The notes under the pieces were generated by a model that did no database searches, had not been told where the DNA came from, and saw only the letters and a list, made by a program, of their open reading frames with translations. Source: Chthonomonadales bacterium (GTDB taxonomy: Bacteria; Armatimonadota; Chthonomonadetes; Chthonomonadales; Chthonomonadaceae). From it: DNA of 11,459 nt. Position 1 is the stretch's first letter, and every line of letters begins with the position of its first letter. This document shows positions 1 to 7,612 of this stretch, in pieces. The translations under genes and the position numbers were made by a program. The stretch covers positions 1 to 11,459 of the forward strand of contig JBBQPO010000204.1 of the NCBI GenBank assembly GCA_038217285.1, in the 5' to 3' direction.

Positions 1-1
1 C

Positions 2-412
2 TGGATATGTGGGGCGACGGGGCTGGGCCTGGCGATCCTGGTGGTTATCGCGTTCGCCCTGGTGACCGTGCCCGCGCCACTGGTAAAACTCATCGGTACG
101 CTGCTGCTGCTGGGGCTGGGCGGCCTGCTCTGCATCGGGGGCGCCGGGGTGGCGCTGCTGATGGGCGAGCGGATCAGTGAGCTCTCCGGAGCGCACACCT
201 CCTTCAGCGCGCTGGTGCGCGGCAGCGTCGTCTACAGTCTGGCGGTCGGTTTCCCGTTTATCGGGTGGATGCTGTTCGCGCCGCTTTCCATTATCTTCGC
301 ACTGGGGGCGGGCGTGGTCGCGCTGCGGCCGGCGCGGGCGACCGTCGTTCCGCCGATGGCGCCGCCGATGCGCGGAGAGTACGATCTGGCGGAGCGCCAG
401 GGAGCGATTTAG
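2..412 (+). CDS. Integral membrane protein of unknown function, 5'-truncated by the window edge
   Basis: The frame is open from position 2 (WICGATGLGLAILVVIAFAL...) to TAG 410-412. It has several hydrophobic helices and host-like codon usage, and its stop lies 2 nt before the next ATG. Confidence 0.8.
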   Translation, partial: WICGATGLGLAILVVIAFALVTVPAPLVKLIGTLLLLGLGGLLCIGGAGVALLMGERISELSGAHTSFSALVRGSVVYSLAVGFPFIGWMLFAPLSIIFALGAGVVALRPARATVVPPMAPPMRGEYDLAERQGAI

Positions 413-414
413 CG

Positions 415-2028
415 ATGGACAGCAACATTGAAGAGAGAGCGGTGGAGACACCGAAGGTTGACCTTCGAACTCCGGCTTCTCCCGCGCCTTCTCGCGCCAT
501 CGCGGCGGTTGCGGTCGGCGCGATAGCGCTGGGGGCGGTCGGGTGCGGCGAAGCCAGGAAGCAGGCGCAGAAGCTGACGGGGCCGCTTGCGGCGACCTAC
601 ACGGCGCTGCCGAAGAGTGTCGAGGTCGTCGCCTCCGCCCTTCATGCCCTGAACCGCATCGGTTTCGGGCCGAAGCCGGGAGACGTTGCGCATGTCGTGG
701 CGGTCGGGCCGGCGGCGTGGATCGAGGAGCAGTTGGCGGACAAGATGGAGGAGGACCCGACGGTCACCTGGCGCGTCAACGGGCTGGACACCCAGCAGAT
801 GGAGCAGGACTCCCCGGACACCTTCTACTGCACCGACTACGACCAGATTCAGCGCGAGATGGCGCAGGCGGCGATCCTGCGCGCCGTCTATAGCACCCAT
901 CAGTTGCGGGAGCAGTTGGCGGACTTCTGGACGAACCATTTCAACATCTTCTCGCTCAAGAACGACGGCAGGGCGCTCTTGCCGACCGATACGGCCCGCG
1001 TCGTCAGGCCGCACGTTCTGGGCCGTTTCCACGATATGCTGACCGCCTCGGCCAAAAGCCCGGCGATGCTCGCCTATCTGGACAACAATCAGAACCAGAA
1101 ACGCGACCCGCGCACGGGAGGCGGGGCGAACGAAAACTATGCGCGCGAGCTGCTGGAGCTGCACACGCTGGGCGTGAAGAGCGGCTACAGCATGAAGGAC
1201 ATTCAGGCGGTGGCGCGCTGCTTCACAGGCTGGACCGTCACCACCGGCTTCAACCGGGGACAGTTCAGCTATCAGGCGGGAGGCCATGACGACGGGCTGA
1301 AATATATTCCGTTCCTGAACCTGACGATCCTGCCGAACGGTGGCCAGAAGGATGCGGACCGGGTGCTGGAGACGCTGTCGGCACACCCGGCGACGGCGCG
1401 GTTCGTGGTGCAGAAGCTCTGCCTGCGGTTTTTGGGCGAAGTACCGGAGCCTGTCGCGGCGAAGGCGGAGAGCGCCTACCTGCGCAGCGGCGGCGATATT
1501 CGCAAGACGCTGCGCCCGCTCCTGCTCGATTCCGACGGACTGCTCGACCCCGCAAGGCGCAAGCCGATCCTGAAGCGGCCGCTGGACATGCTCGTGTCGG
1601 CAGCGCGGGCGCTGGCCGCCGACACGGATGGAGGCGAGCCGCTGCAGCGACATCTGGTGCAGATGGGCCAGCCGCTCTACGAGTGGCCGATGCCCGACGG
1701 CTTCCCGGAAAAGGCGGCGGCCTGGACCGGCTCGCTGCTGCCGCGCTGGAACTTCGCGCTCGCGCTCGCCTCGAATGCGGTGCCCGGCACACGCGTCGAT
1801 CTCAACGCGCCGCTGGCGGCCGCAAAGGCCCATACCGAAACGGAGCTGCTGGACGCCCTCACGGAGACGGTGCTGGCGCGGCCTGCCGGGGCAGCCGAGG
1901 TGCAGCAGATCAAGACACAGGTACGCGGACATATTCAGCGGGCGCGCGCGGCAGGGCTGCCGGACGCGACGATCATGGCGGAGGCGACGGGCCTGCTGCT
2001 CGCATCGCCCGTCTTTCAGTGGAAGTAG
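415..2028 (+). CDS. DUF1800 domain-containing protein (537 aa), possibly exported or a lipoprotein
   Basis: ATG 415 has GGAG upstream. Family-type motifs: LNRIGFGP, QLREQLADFWTNHFN, SPAMLAYLDN, NENYARELLELHTLG, ARCFTGW, MGQPLY..P.PDGFP, C-terminal LLLASPVFQWK. The N-terminal hydrophobic stretch ends in AVGC. It is adjacent to DUF1501, its usual partner. Confidence 0.9.
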   Translation: MDSNIEERAVETPKVDLRTPASPAPSRAIAAVAVGAIALGAVGCGEARKQAQKLTGPLAATYTALPKSVEVVASALHALNRIGFGPKPGDVAHVVAVGPAAWIEEQLADKMEEDPTVTWRVNGLDTQQMEQDSPDTFYCTDYDQIQREMAQAAILRAVYSTHQLREQLADFWTNHFNIFSLKNDGRALLPTDTARVVRPHVLGRFHDMLTASAKSPAMLAYLDNNQNQKRDPRTGGGANENYARELLELHTLGVKSGYSMKDIQAVARCFTGWTVTTGFNRGQFSYQAGGHDDGLKYIPFLNLTILPNGGQKDADRVLETLSAHPATARFVVQKLCLRFLGEVPEPVAAKAESAYLRSGGDIRKTLRPLLLDSDGLLDPARRKPILKRPLDMLVSAARALAADTDGGEPLQRHLVQMGQPLYEWPMPDGFPEKAAAWTGSLLPRWNFALALASNAVPGTRVDLNAPLAAAKAHTETELLDALTETVLARPAGAAEVQQIKTQVRGHIQRARAAGLPDATIMAEATGLLLASPVFQWK

Positions 2029-2039
2029 GGAATCAGATC

Positions 2040-3398
2040 ATGCAACTGCGATTGACCAGACGGCAGGTTCTGACGGGAGCGGCGCTGGCTGCGGCTGCCG
2101 GAGGAGTCGGCAGCCGCCTCTCCGCGCTGGAGGGCGTGGCGATGGGCCCGCGCAACGGTCAGACGGGCGGAGATACGCTTGTCGTCATCTTCCTGCGCGG
2201 TGGCGCGGACGGACTCAATATCGTTGTGCCGTACGGCGATGCGGACTACTATCGGCTGCGGCCCTCGCTCGGCCTGCCCGGCCCCAAAGACCGGGGCGCG
2301 GCGGTCGGAGCGCGCTGCCTGGAGCTAAGCGACTTTTTCGGACTGCATCCGGCGCTCGCGCCCTTGCTGCCGCTCTATCGCGACGGGAAGTTCGCCGCCG
2401 TGCATGCTATCGGATCGGGGGACCAGACCCGGTCGCATTTCGAGGCGATGGCGACGATGGAGCGCGGACTGGCACGCGACAGCGGCGCAGCCGGAGGCTG
2501 GCTGGCACGGCACCTGACGGCGACCGCCTCCGAAATCGATTCGCCGCTCAGGGCCGTCTCGATCACCGAAACCGTCCCCGACTCCCTGCGGGGCGCACCC
2601 AACGTGGCGGCGATGCTCTCGCTCAATGAGTTCCGATTGACGACCCCAAATGTGGTGCCGACGGGCAGCGGCAATCGGGTGTTTCATCGGGCGCAGCAGC
2701 AGGCGGCCGCTGCGAAGACGACCACACGTGCCGATGCCGTCGCCGAGACGCTGCGCGGCATGTACGGCGGCACGGCGAGCGAAGAGACGAAACTCCTTGC
2801 CGGAGCCGGCCGGGAGACGCTGGCGGCGCTCGACGCGGTGAAGCGGCTCGACCCGAACCACTACAAGGCGGAGTTCGGCGTGACCTATCCCAACACCGAG
2901 ATGGCGAACGGCCTCAAGCAGGTGGCCTGCCTGCTCAAAGGCGATGTCGGACTGGAGATCGCCTGCCTGGACCTGGGCGGCTGGGACACCCATGTCGCAC
3001 AGGGACGGGAGACAGGCTGGCAGGCCGGACGGCTGGGCGAACTGGCGCAGGGCGTGGCGGCATTTACGCGGGATCTCGGCGCTCATCTGGAACGCACGAC
3101 CATTATGGTCATGACGGAGTTCGGGCGGCGCGCCGCGGAAAACAGCGGTCTCGGCACCGATCACGGCCGGGCAAGCTGTATGTTCCTCGTCGGCGGCGGC
3201 GTTCAGGGCGGCAAAGTCTATGCCGACTGGCCCGGCCTCGCTCCGACGAAGTTGGAAGGCCCCGGCGACCTGCACGTCACCACGGACTACCGCGACGTGC
3301 TGGCCGAAATCGTCGCCCGACGTCTGAAAAGCCCCCACCTCGACGCCGTCTTCCCCGAATACACGCCTCGTTACCACGACATCTTCCGCACCGCATAA
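2040..3398 (+). CDS. DUF1501 domain-containing protein with twin-arginine (Tat) signal peptide (452 aa)
   Basis: ATG 2040 is 11 nt after the DUF1800 stop. LTRRQVLTGAALAAAAG is a Tat-like leader. Motifs: LVVIFLRGGADGLN, GLHPAL, RSHF, GGWDTH, TEFGR, GTDHG, TTDYRDV. Confidence 0.9.
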   Translation: MQLRLTRRQVLTGAALAAAAGGVGSRLSALEGVAMGPRNGQTGGDTLVVIFLRGGADGLNIVVPYGDADYYRLRPSLGLPGPKDRGAAVGARCLELSDFFGLHPALAPLLPLYRDGKFAAVHAIGSGDQTRSHFEAMATMERGLARDSGAAGGWLARHLTATASEIDSPLRAVSITETVPDSLRGAPNVAAMLSLNEFRLTTPNVVPTGSGNRVFHRAQQQAAAAKTTTRADAVAETLRGMYGGTASEETKLLAGAGRETLAALDAVKRLDPNHYKAEFGVTYPNTEMANGLKQVACLLKGDVGLEIACLDLGGWDTHVAQGRETGWQAGRLGELAQGVAAFTRDLGAHLERTTIMVMTEFGRRAAENSGLGTDHGRASCMFLVGGGVQGGKVYADWPGLAPTKLEGPGDLHVTTDYRDVLAEIVARRLKSPHLDAVFPEYTPRYHDIFRTA

Positions 3399-3408
3399 GC
3401 AAGCGTGA

Positions 3409-3439
3409 GCTCTCCTTCCCGATTTCTCGGGAGGAGAGC
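3409..3439. repeat. GC-rich hairpin (REP-like palindrome or terminator element)
   Basis: GCTCTCC(T)TCCCGA-tttc-TCGGGAGGAGAGC forms a 13-bp stem with a 1-nt bulge, 10 nt after the DUF1501 stop. Confidence 0.5.
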
Positions 3440-3461
3440 GCGGACGACCTGGATAATCTAT

Positions 3462-3500
3462 AGAGGAGCAGAGTGCAGGCCGCTGCACTCTGCTCCTTTG
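3462..3500 (+). terminator. Perfect 15-bp stem-loop, probable intrinsic terminator of the DUF1800/DUF1501 operon
   Basis: AGGAGCAGAGTGCAG (3464-3478), loop GCCG, CTGCACTCTGCTCCT (3483-3497). Only a short T tail follows (TTTGTG). Confidence 0.55.
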
Positions 3501-3589
3501 TGCTGAGCGCAGGCGGAAAGGCCTCGACCCCGAGAGGCCTCCCTCTGCAGCGACCTGATGCGCTTCGATCACAACCTGGAGGGATTCAC

Positions 3590-4285
3590 TTGCTGGTTCA
3601 TAACACCCAACCGAAGAGTCCCGTGGCACCGGACCCCAAGGTCGATCTGGAGCCACCGGAACCGCGCTGGCCCGCACTGGTCGCCGTCATTGGAGTCGCG
3701 GGACTGAATACGGCGCTGCCCGCCAGCCTCGTGGCCGGGCCGCGCTGGCTGCTCCTTGTCATCGTAGTCGCACTGCTGATTCCGGTCTACATCACGCATC
3801 GTATGGGGGAGCACAAGCTAAACCATTTTCTGGGACAGTCGGTCGCCGCCGTCGTGACTGCCTCCCTGGTACTGTCCCTTCTGCTGCTGATTCGCGCCCT
3901 GCCGAGCCACAAGGAAGCGCCGGTGGACATGCTGCTCTCCGCCACGTCGCTGTGGGTGACGAATGTGCTGGTCTTCGCCTCCTGGTACTGGCGGCTGGAC
4001 GCCGGAGGGCCCAACGTCCGGGATATGCGCGGCGTTCACTGTTCGGGAGCGTTTCTCTTCCCTCAGATGACTCTGTCACCGGAACATGCCGAAGAGGGCG
4101 CCGGACCGATCTGGTCCCCGCAGTTCATTGACTACCTTTTTCTGGCGTTCAACACCAGTACCGCGCTCTCTCCCACCGACACGGCGGTGCTGTCACGGTG
4201 GGCGAAAGTGCTGGTAATGGCCCAGGCAGGCATCTCGCTGACGATCATCGTCATTCTGGCGGGGCGGGCAGTCAATATTTTGTAA
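3590..4285 (+). CDS. DUF1345-like integral membrane protein (about 231 aa)
   Basis: The probable start is TTG 3590, with GGAGGG 6 nt upstream. It has multiple TM helices and the motifs WYWRLDAGGP, FLFPQM, W.PQFIDYLFLAFNTSTALSPTDT..LSRWAK.L.MAQ and GRAVNIL. Confidence 0.8.
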   Translation: MLVHNTQPKSPVAPDPKVDLEPPEPRWPALVAVIGVAGLNTALPASLVAGPRWLLLVIVVALLIPVYITHRMGEHKLNHFLGQSVAAVVTASLVLSLLLLIRALPSHKEAPVDMLLSATSLWVTNVLVFASWYWRLDAGGPNVRDMRGVHCSGAFLFPQMTLSPEHAEEGAGPIWSPQFIDYLFLAFNTSTALSPTDTAVLSRWAKVLVMAQAGISLTIIVILAGRAVNIL

Positions 4286-4307
4286 AGAAAAGAGGGGCAG
4301 CAGGGTG

Positions 4308-6080
4308 ATGGCGACGGGAACAAGCGTCTATGGGGGCATGGGGGCGAACCTGCAGGCAGGGGATGTCTGTTCTTTTCGGGTCTGGGCGCCGAACGCAAAA
4401 GCGGTCACGGTCGTAGGAGACTTTACGCAGTGGATGACAAAAGGTGTGAATATGGCCGCGGAAGGCGACGGCTACTGGTCGGCGGATGTCGCCCAGGTTT
4501 CGGCGGGACAGGCGTATAAGTTCGTCATCGAGAACATCGGCGGTTCCGTGAACAATCCGGGTGGTCCGATCTGGAGGGTCGATGCCTACGCGCGCGAAGT
4601 GCAGAACTCTCTGGTCAACGCCAACAGTTATGTCGTCGATCCGACCTTTGCCTTCACACCGTTCCGGACGCCGGCTTTTGAAAACTTCGTGTTGTATCAG
4701 CTTCATATAGGCACTTTCGCAGGCCGAAACGACAACGTACCCGTCGATCCCGATACCCGCGAAGCGACGTTCGTTGACATCATCCCCAAGCTAAACTATA
4801 TTCGTGCGCTGGGGTTCAATGCGCTGGCCCTGCTGCCGGTGGGGCAGATGGGTCTGCGGATCGGGGAGGGCTACTCGCCGACGAACTGGTTTGCGCCGGA
4901 CGAGTACTACGGCTCCCCGACAGCGTTGCGCCAACTCGTGGAAGCGGCGCATCAGACGGGGCTGGCGGTTATCTTCGATGTCGTCTACAACCATGCCGCC
5001 ACCAGCGACAACCGGTACTGGGAGTACGACGGGATGAACTCCGATGGCGGTATCTACTTCGAAGGCGGCGGCGACACCCCGTTCGGCAGACGGCCCGCGC
5101 TGTGGAAGCGCGAGGTCCAGAACTTCTTCCTCGACAATGCGCGCATGTGGTTTCGAGAGTACGGGGCGGACGGCCTGCGGTTCGATGCCACGCATCTCAT
5201 GCCGGAGGATGCCGTTCAGCATATCGTGCTGAACGGAGTACGCAAGGAGTTTCCGGACAAGTATCTGATCGCCGAATATTTCAAGACCTTTCCCGACCCG
5301 TATGCCGATCTGGGCTTCGATGCGATCTGGGACGGGCTCTCTGCCCATGCGTTTCTGTCGGCTGTCAATGGGCCGGGAGGCGGCGCGTGGGTCCAGTCGC
5401 TGCTGAACGAGCATATACAGCACGCCTGGAATCTGGTTCGGTATCCGCTGGGGTCGCACGATGAGATCGCCGACCTGAGAGGCGGAACGATGCCGGACTT
5501 CCGGTATTTCATCGAGAAAGTCGGCGGGCGGGACAACTGGTTCGCGCGGGCCAAGGCGCGTCTTGGCTGGGCGCTGGCGGTAGCGCTGCCCGGCACGCCC
5601 ATGCTCTTCATGGGCACCGAATGCCACACCTGGGGCTACTGGAGCCCGAACGCCGACGCCAACGGGGACCATCGGTTCGACTGGAATCTGGCGGGAGATC
5701 GCATCGGGCTGGAGATGCGACGGCTGGTGACAGATGCCAACAATGTGCGCTGGGGCCATCCGGCCCTGCGCAGCGACTCGGCCCAGTGGACCTTCGCCGA
5801 TGCGACGAATCAGGTCGTCGCGTTCAGACGCTGGGATGGGAACGGAGACGTCGTGCTGACCATTGTGAACCTGAGCGACGGCCAGTGGTCGCATGGCGAG
5901 TACGGCGTGGGTACAGGCGACGCGGCCGGAACCTGGGAGGAGATCTTCAACTCGCAGTCTCCTCAGTATGGAGGCTGGGACGGGGCCGGCAACTACGGTG
6001 CGCACAAATCGGTACAGCCCGACACGAAGATCTACATCAACCTGCCGCAATGGTCGGTGCTGATGTTTCGCAAGGTCTGA
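4308..6080 (+). CDS. GH13 alpha-amylase-family enzyme with N-terminal CBM48 (1,4-alpha-glucan branching enzyme / maltooligosyltrehalose trehalohydrolase-like), 590 aa
   Basis: The CBM48-type motif FRVWAPNAKAVTVVGDF is followed by YQLHIGTF, GY.P and DVVYNH. Catalytic-triad motifs DGLRFDA (Asp), LIAEY (Glu) and SHDE (Asp) are present, plus PMLFMG and a C-terminal beta domain (WEEIFNS...YGG). No signal peptide. Confidence 0.88.
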   Translation: MATGTSVYGGMGANLQAGDVCSFRVWAPNAKAVTVVGDFTQWMTKGVNMAAEGDGYWSADVAQVSAGQAYKFVIENIGGSVNNPGGPIWRVDAYAREVQNSLVNANSYVVDPTFAFTPFRTPAFENFVLYQLHIGTFAGRNDNVPVDPDTREATFVDIIPKLNYIRALGFNALALLPVGQMGLRIGEGYSPTNWFAPDEYYGSPTALRQLVEAAHQTGLAVIFDVVYNHAATSDNRYWEYDGMNSDGGIYFEGGGDTPFGRRPALWKREVQNFFLDNARMWFREYGADGLRFDATHLMPEDAVQHIVLNGVRKEFPDKYLIAEYFKTFPDPYADLGFDAIWDGLSAHAFLSAVNGPGGGAWVQSLLNEHIQHAWNLVRYPLGSHDEIADLRGGTMPDFRYFIEKVGGRDNWFARAKARLGWALAVALPGTPMLFMGTECHTWGYWSPNADANGDHRFDWNLAGDRIGLEMRRLVTDANNVRWGHPALRSDSAQWTFADATNQVVAFRRWDGNGDVVLTIVNLSDGQWSHGEYGVGTGDAAGTWEEIFNSQSPQYGGWDGAGNYGAHKSVQPDTKIYINLPQWSVLMFRKV

Positions 6081-6082
6081 GG

Positions 6083-6088
6083 TATGAT
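6083..6088 (+). promoter_or_regulatory. Possible -10 element (TATGAT) for a leaderless hslV transcript
   Basis: TATGAT ends 7 nt before ATG 6096, and there is no convincing Shine-Dalgarno at normal spacing before that ATG. Confidence 0.35.
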
Positions 6089-6095
6089 AGAAATC

Positions 6096-6653
6096 ATGAA
6101 AGAGACAAACTTGAGGCCAAAAATACGGTCCACGACTATCGTGGCGGTGAAGCGTGAGGGACAGGTCGCCATCGCGGGTGACGGGCAGGTGACGCTGGAG
6201 CATACGGTGTTGAAACAGGGCGCGCGCAAGGTGCGACGCCTCTATCAGGAGCGGGTGATCGCCGGTTTCGCCGGCTCTGTGGCGGACGCGCAGGCGCTCT
6301 CCGACAAGTTCGAGAGTAAGCTGGAAGCCTCGAACGGCAACCTGACCCGAGCGGCGGTGGAGTTCGCGAAAGAGTGGCGCACCGACCGCATGATGCGCAA
6401 ACTCGAAGCCATGATGATCGTGACCGACGGCACGACCATCTACATCCTCTCCGGCGACGGCAACGTGGTCGAACCCGACGACGGCGTCGCGGCCATCGGC
6501 TCCGGCGGCATGTTCGCCTCTGCGGCCGCCAAAGCCCTGGTGAAAAACACGACGATGACCGCCCGTGAGATCGTGCAGGAAGCCATGCGAATCGCCGCCG
6601 AGATCTGCATTTACACCAACGATCGCATCACCGTAGATTCGCTGCCCTCCTGA
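6096..6653 (+). CDS. hslV: ATP-dependent protease peptidase subunit HslV (ClpQ); alternative start at 6084
   Basis: RS|TTIVAV carries the N-terminal catalytic Thr after a short propeptide. Further motifs: AGDGQVT, KVRRL, AGFAGSVADA, AKEWRTDR..RKLEA, SGDGNVVEP, AIGSGG, AAEICIYTN. Confidence 0.96.
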   Translation: MKETNLRPKIRSTTIVAVKREGQVAIAGDGQVTLEHTVLKQGARKVRRLYQERVIAGFAGSVADAQALSDKFESKLEASNGNLTRAAVEFAKEWRTDRMMRKLEAMMIVTDGTTIYILSGDGNVVEPDDGVAAIGSGGMFASAAAKALVKNTTMTAREIVQEAMRIAAEICIYTNDRITVDSLPS

Positions 6654-6739
6654 TGTCGTGTTCAGTGAGGAGTTCGTTGTGTCAGATAGCGCAGCCACCA
6701 GGAGAAGCGCTCCTGCAGTGCAACAGTATAGATACAAAT

Positions 6740-6768
6740 TTGACATAATCTCTGCTCGTCCCTATAAT
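6740..6768 (+). promoter_or_regulatory. Consensus sigma70 promoter of the TIGR04255 operon
   Basis: TTGACA at 6740-6745, an exactly 17-nt spacer, and TATAAT at 6763-6768. The upstream flank is AT-rich, and the -10 box ends 60 nt before ATG 6829. Confidence 0.9.
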
Positions 6769-6790
6769 TAGGTGATAATAAGGGACGAGC
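6754..6790. promoter_or_regulatory. Inverted repeat overlapping the -10 box and transcription start (candidate operator)
   Basis: GCTCGTCCCT (6754-6763), a 17-nt AT-rich spacer, and AGGGACGAGC (6781-6790) form a perfect 10-bp dyad. Confidence 0.65.
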
Positions 6791-6828
6791 GTGGACTGCA
6801 CCCTAAAAACCGGTAAGACGTAGGTACG

Positions 6829-7608
6829 ATGGCTTTACCCGATTATCCGAGAGAAATTTACCAAAAGAACCCGCTGGCCGAAGTTGTCTGCCAGGTACGT
6901 TTTTTTGCTTCATCCGATGTGTCAGGCCAGTCGTTGGACTCCTTCCGAGAGTCTATCCGTGAACGCTTTCCGCATATGGAAATTGAGGCAGGGATCGAAC
7001 CGCCGAAGGAAGGACAGTTGCCACAGGAGGTAATCGAAAACCTTCCCACGCAGAATTTTTATGATTTCACCTCGGACGATGGACTCTGGACGCTCAGCCT
7101 TACCAAAGGTGTATTGGCGCTTACTTGCCGCCGCTATGAGCGTTGGGAGGAGTACACGTCGTGGTTGTCCCTGGCTCTTGATGCCTTGCAGCATGCCTAT
7201 CAGCCACAAACTTATCTTCGAATCGGGTTGCGCTATTTGGATGTTGTGCAGCGATCCCAGTTAGGATTGGAGAGCGTAGCGTGGCCGGACCTGCTGGCAG
7301 GACCAATAGTCGGGGAACTGGCCTCGCCTGACATTGGAAACGACATTGAAGATGTGACGCGCGAGTTTATCTTCCGACTAAACGATGCCTACGGCAGTAG
7401 AGTGCGGGTTCGACATGGTTTTGTGCAGACGGAGGAAGATGCCGACGAAACCTGCTATCTGGTCGACAGCGACTTCTATACGGACACAGAGGTAAAGATC
7501 ACCGATGTCTATAAAATACTTGATGCCTACCATGGATACGCACGGCGCTTCTTTCGCTGGTGCCTCTCAGAACAGCTACACGCGGCCATGGAACCAATTC
7601 GGGCCTAG
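6829..7608 (+). CDS. TIGR04255 family protein (259 aa), function unknown
   Basis: Characteristic pattern Y.KNPLAEVVCQVRF ... Y.F.S.DG.W.L.L ... Y..WEEY ... RIGLRYLD ... YLVDSDFY ... H...RRFF.W.LSEQL..AM. The protein is acidic and lies directly behind the consensus promoter. Confidence 0.85.
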   Translation: MALPDYPREIYQKNPLAEVVCQVRFFASSDVSGQSLDSFRESIRERFPHMEIEAGIEPPKEGQLPQEVIENLPTQNFYDFTSDDGLWTLSLTKGVLALTCRRYERWEEYTSWLSLALDALQHAYQPQTYLRIGLRYLDVVQRSQLGLESVAWPDLLAGPIVGELASPDIGNDIEDVTREFIFRLNDAYGSRVRVRHGFVQTEEDADETCYLVDSDFYTDTEVKITDVYKILDAYHGYARRFFRWCLSEQLHAAMEPIRA

Positions 7609-7612
7609 CAAG

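Noticed and set aside
265-2039. Upstream extensions of DUF1800 (from 265) and DUF1501 (from 1683)
   Set aside because: They overlap the preceding real genes. ATG 415 and ATG 2040 sit right after the upstream stops and give proper N-terminal signal regions.
3473-3589. GTG 3473 as the start of the DUF1345 gene
   Set aside because: This start and its apparent RBS are buried in the 15-bp hairpin. TTG 3590 has a free GGAGGG at good spacing.
409-6746. Long minus-strand ORFs (409..1932, 2325..3677, 4791..6746)
   Set aside because: They are antisense shadows of well-supported high-GC genes, with Arg/Ala/Gly-rich translations and no recognisable motifs.
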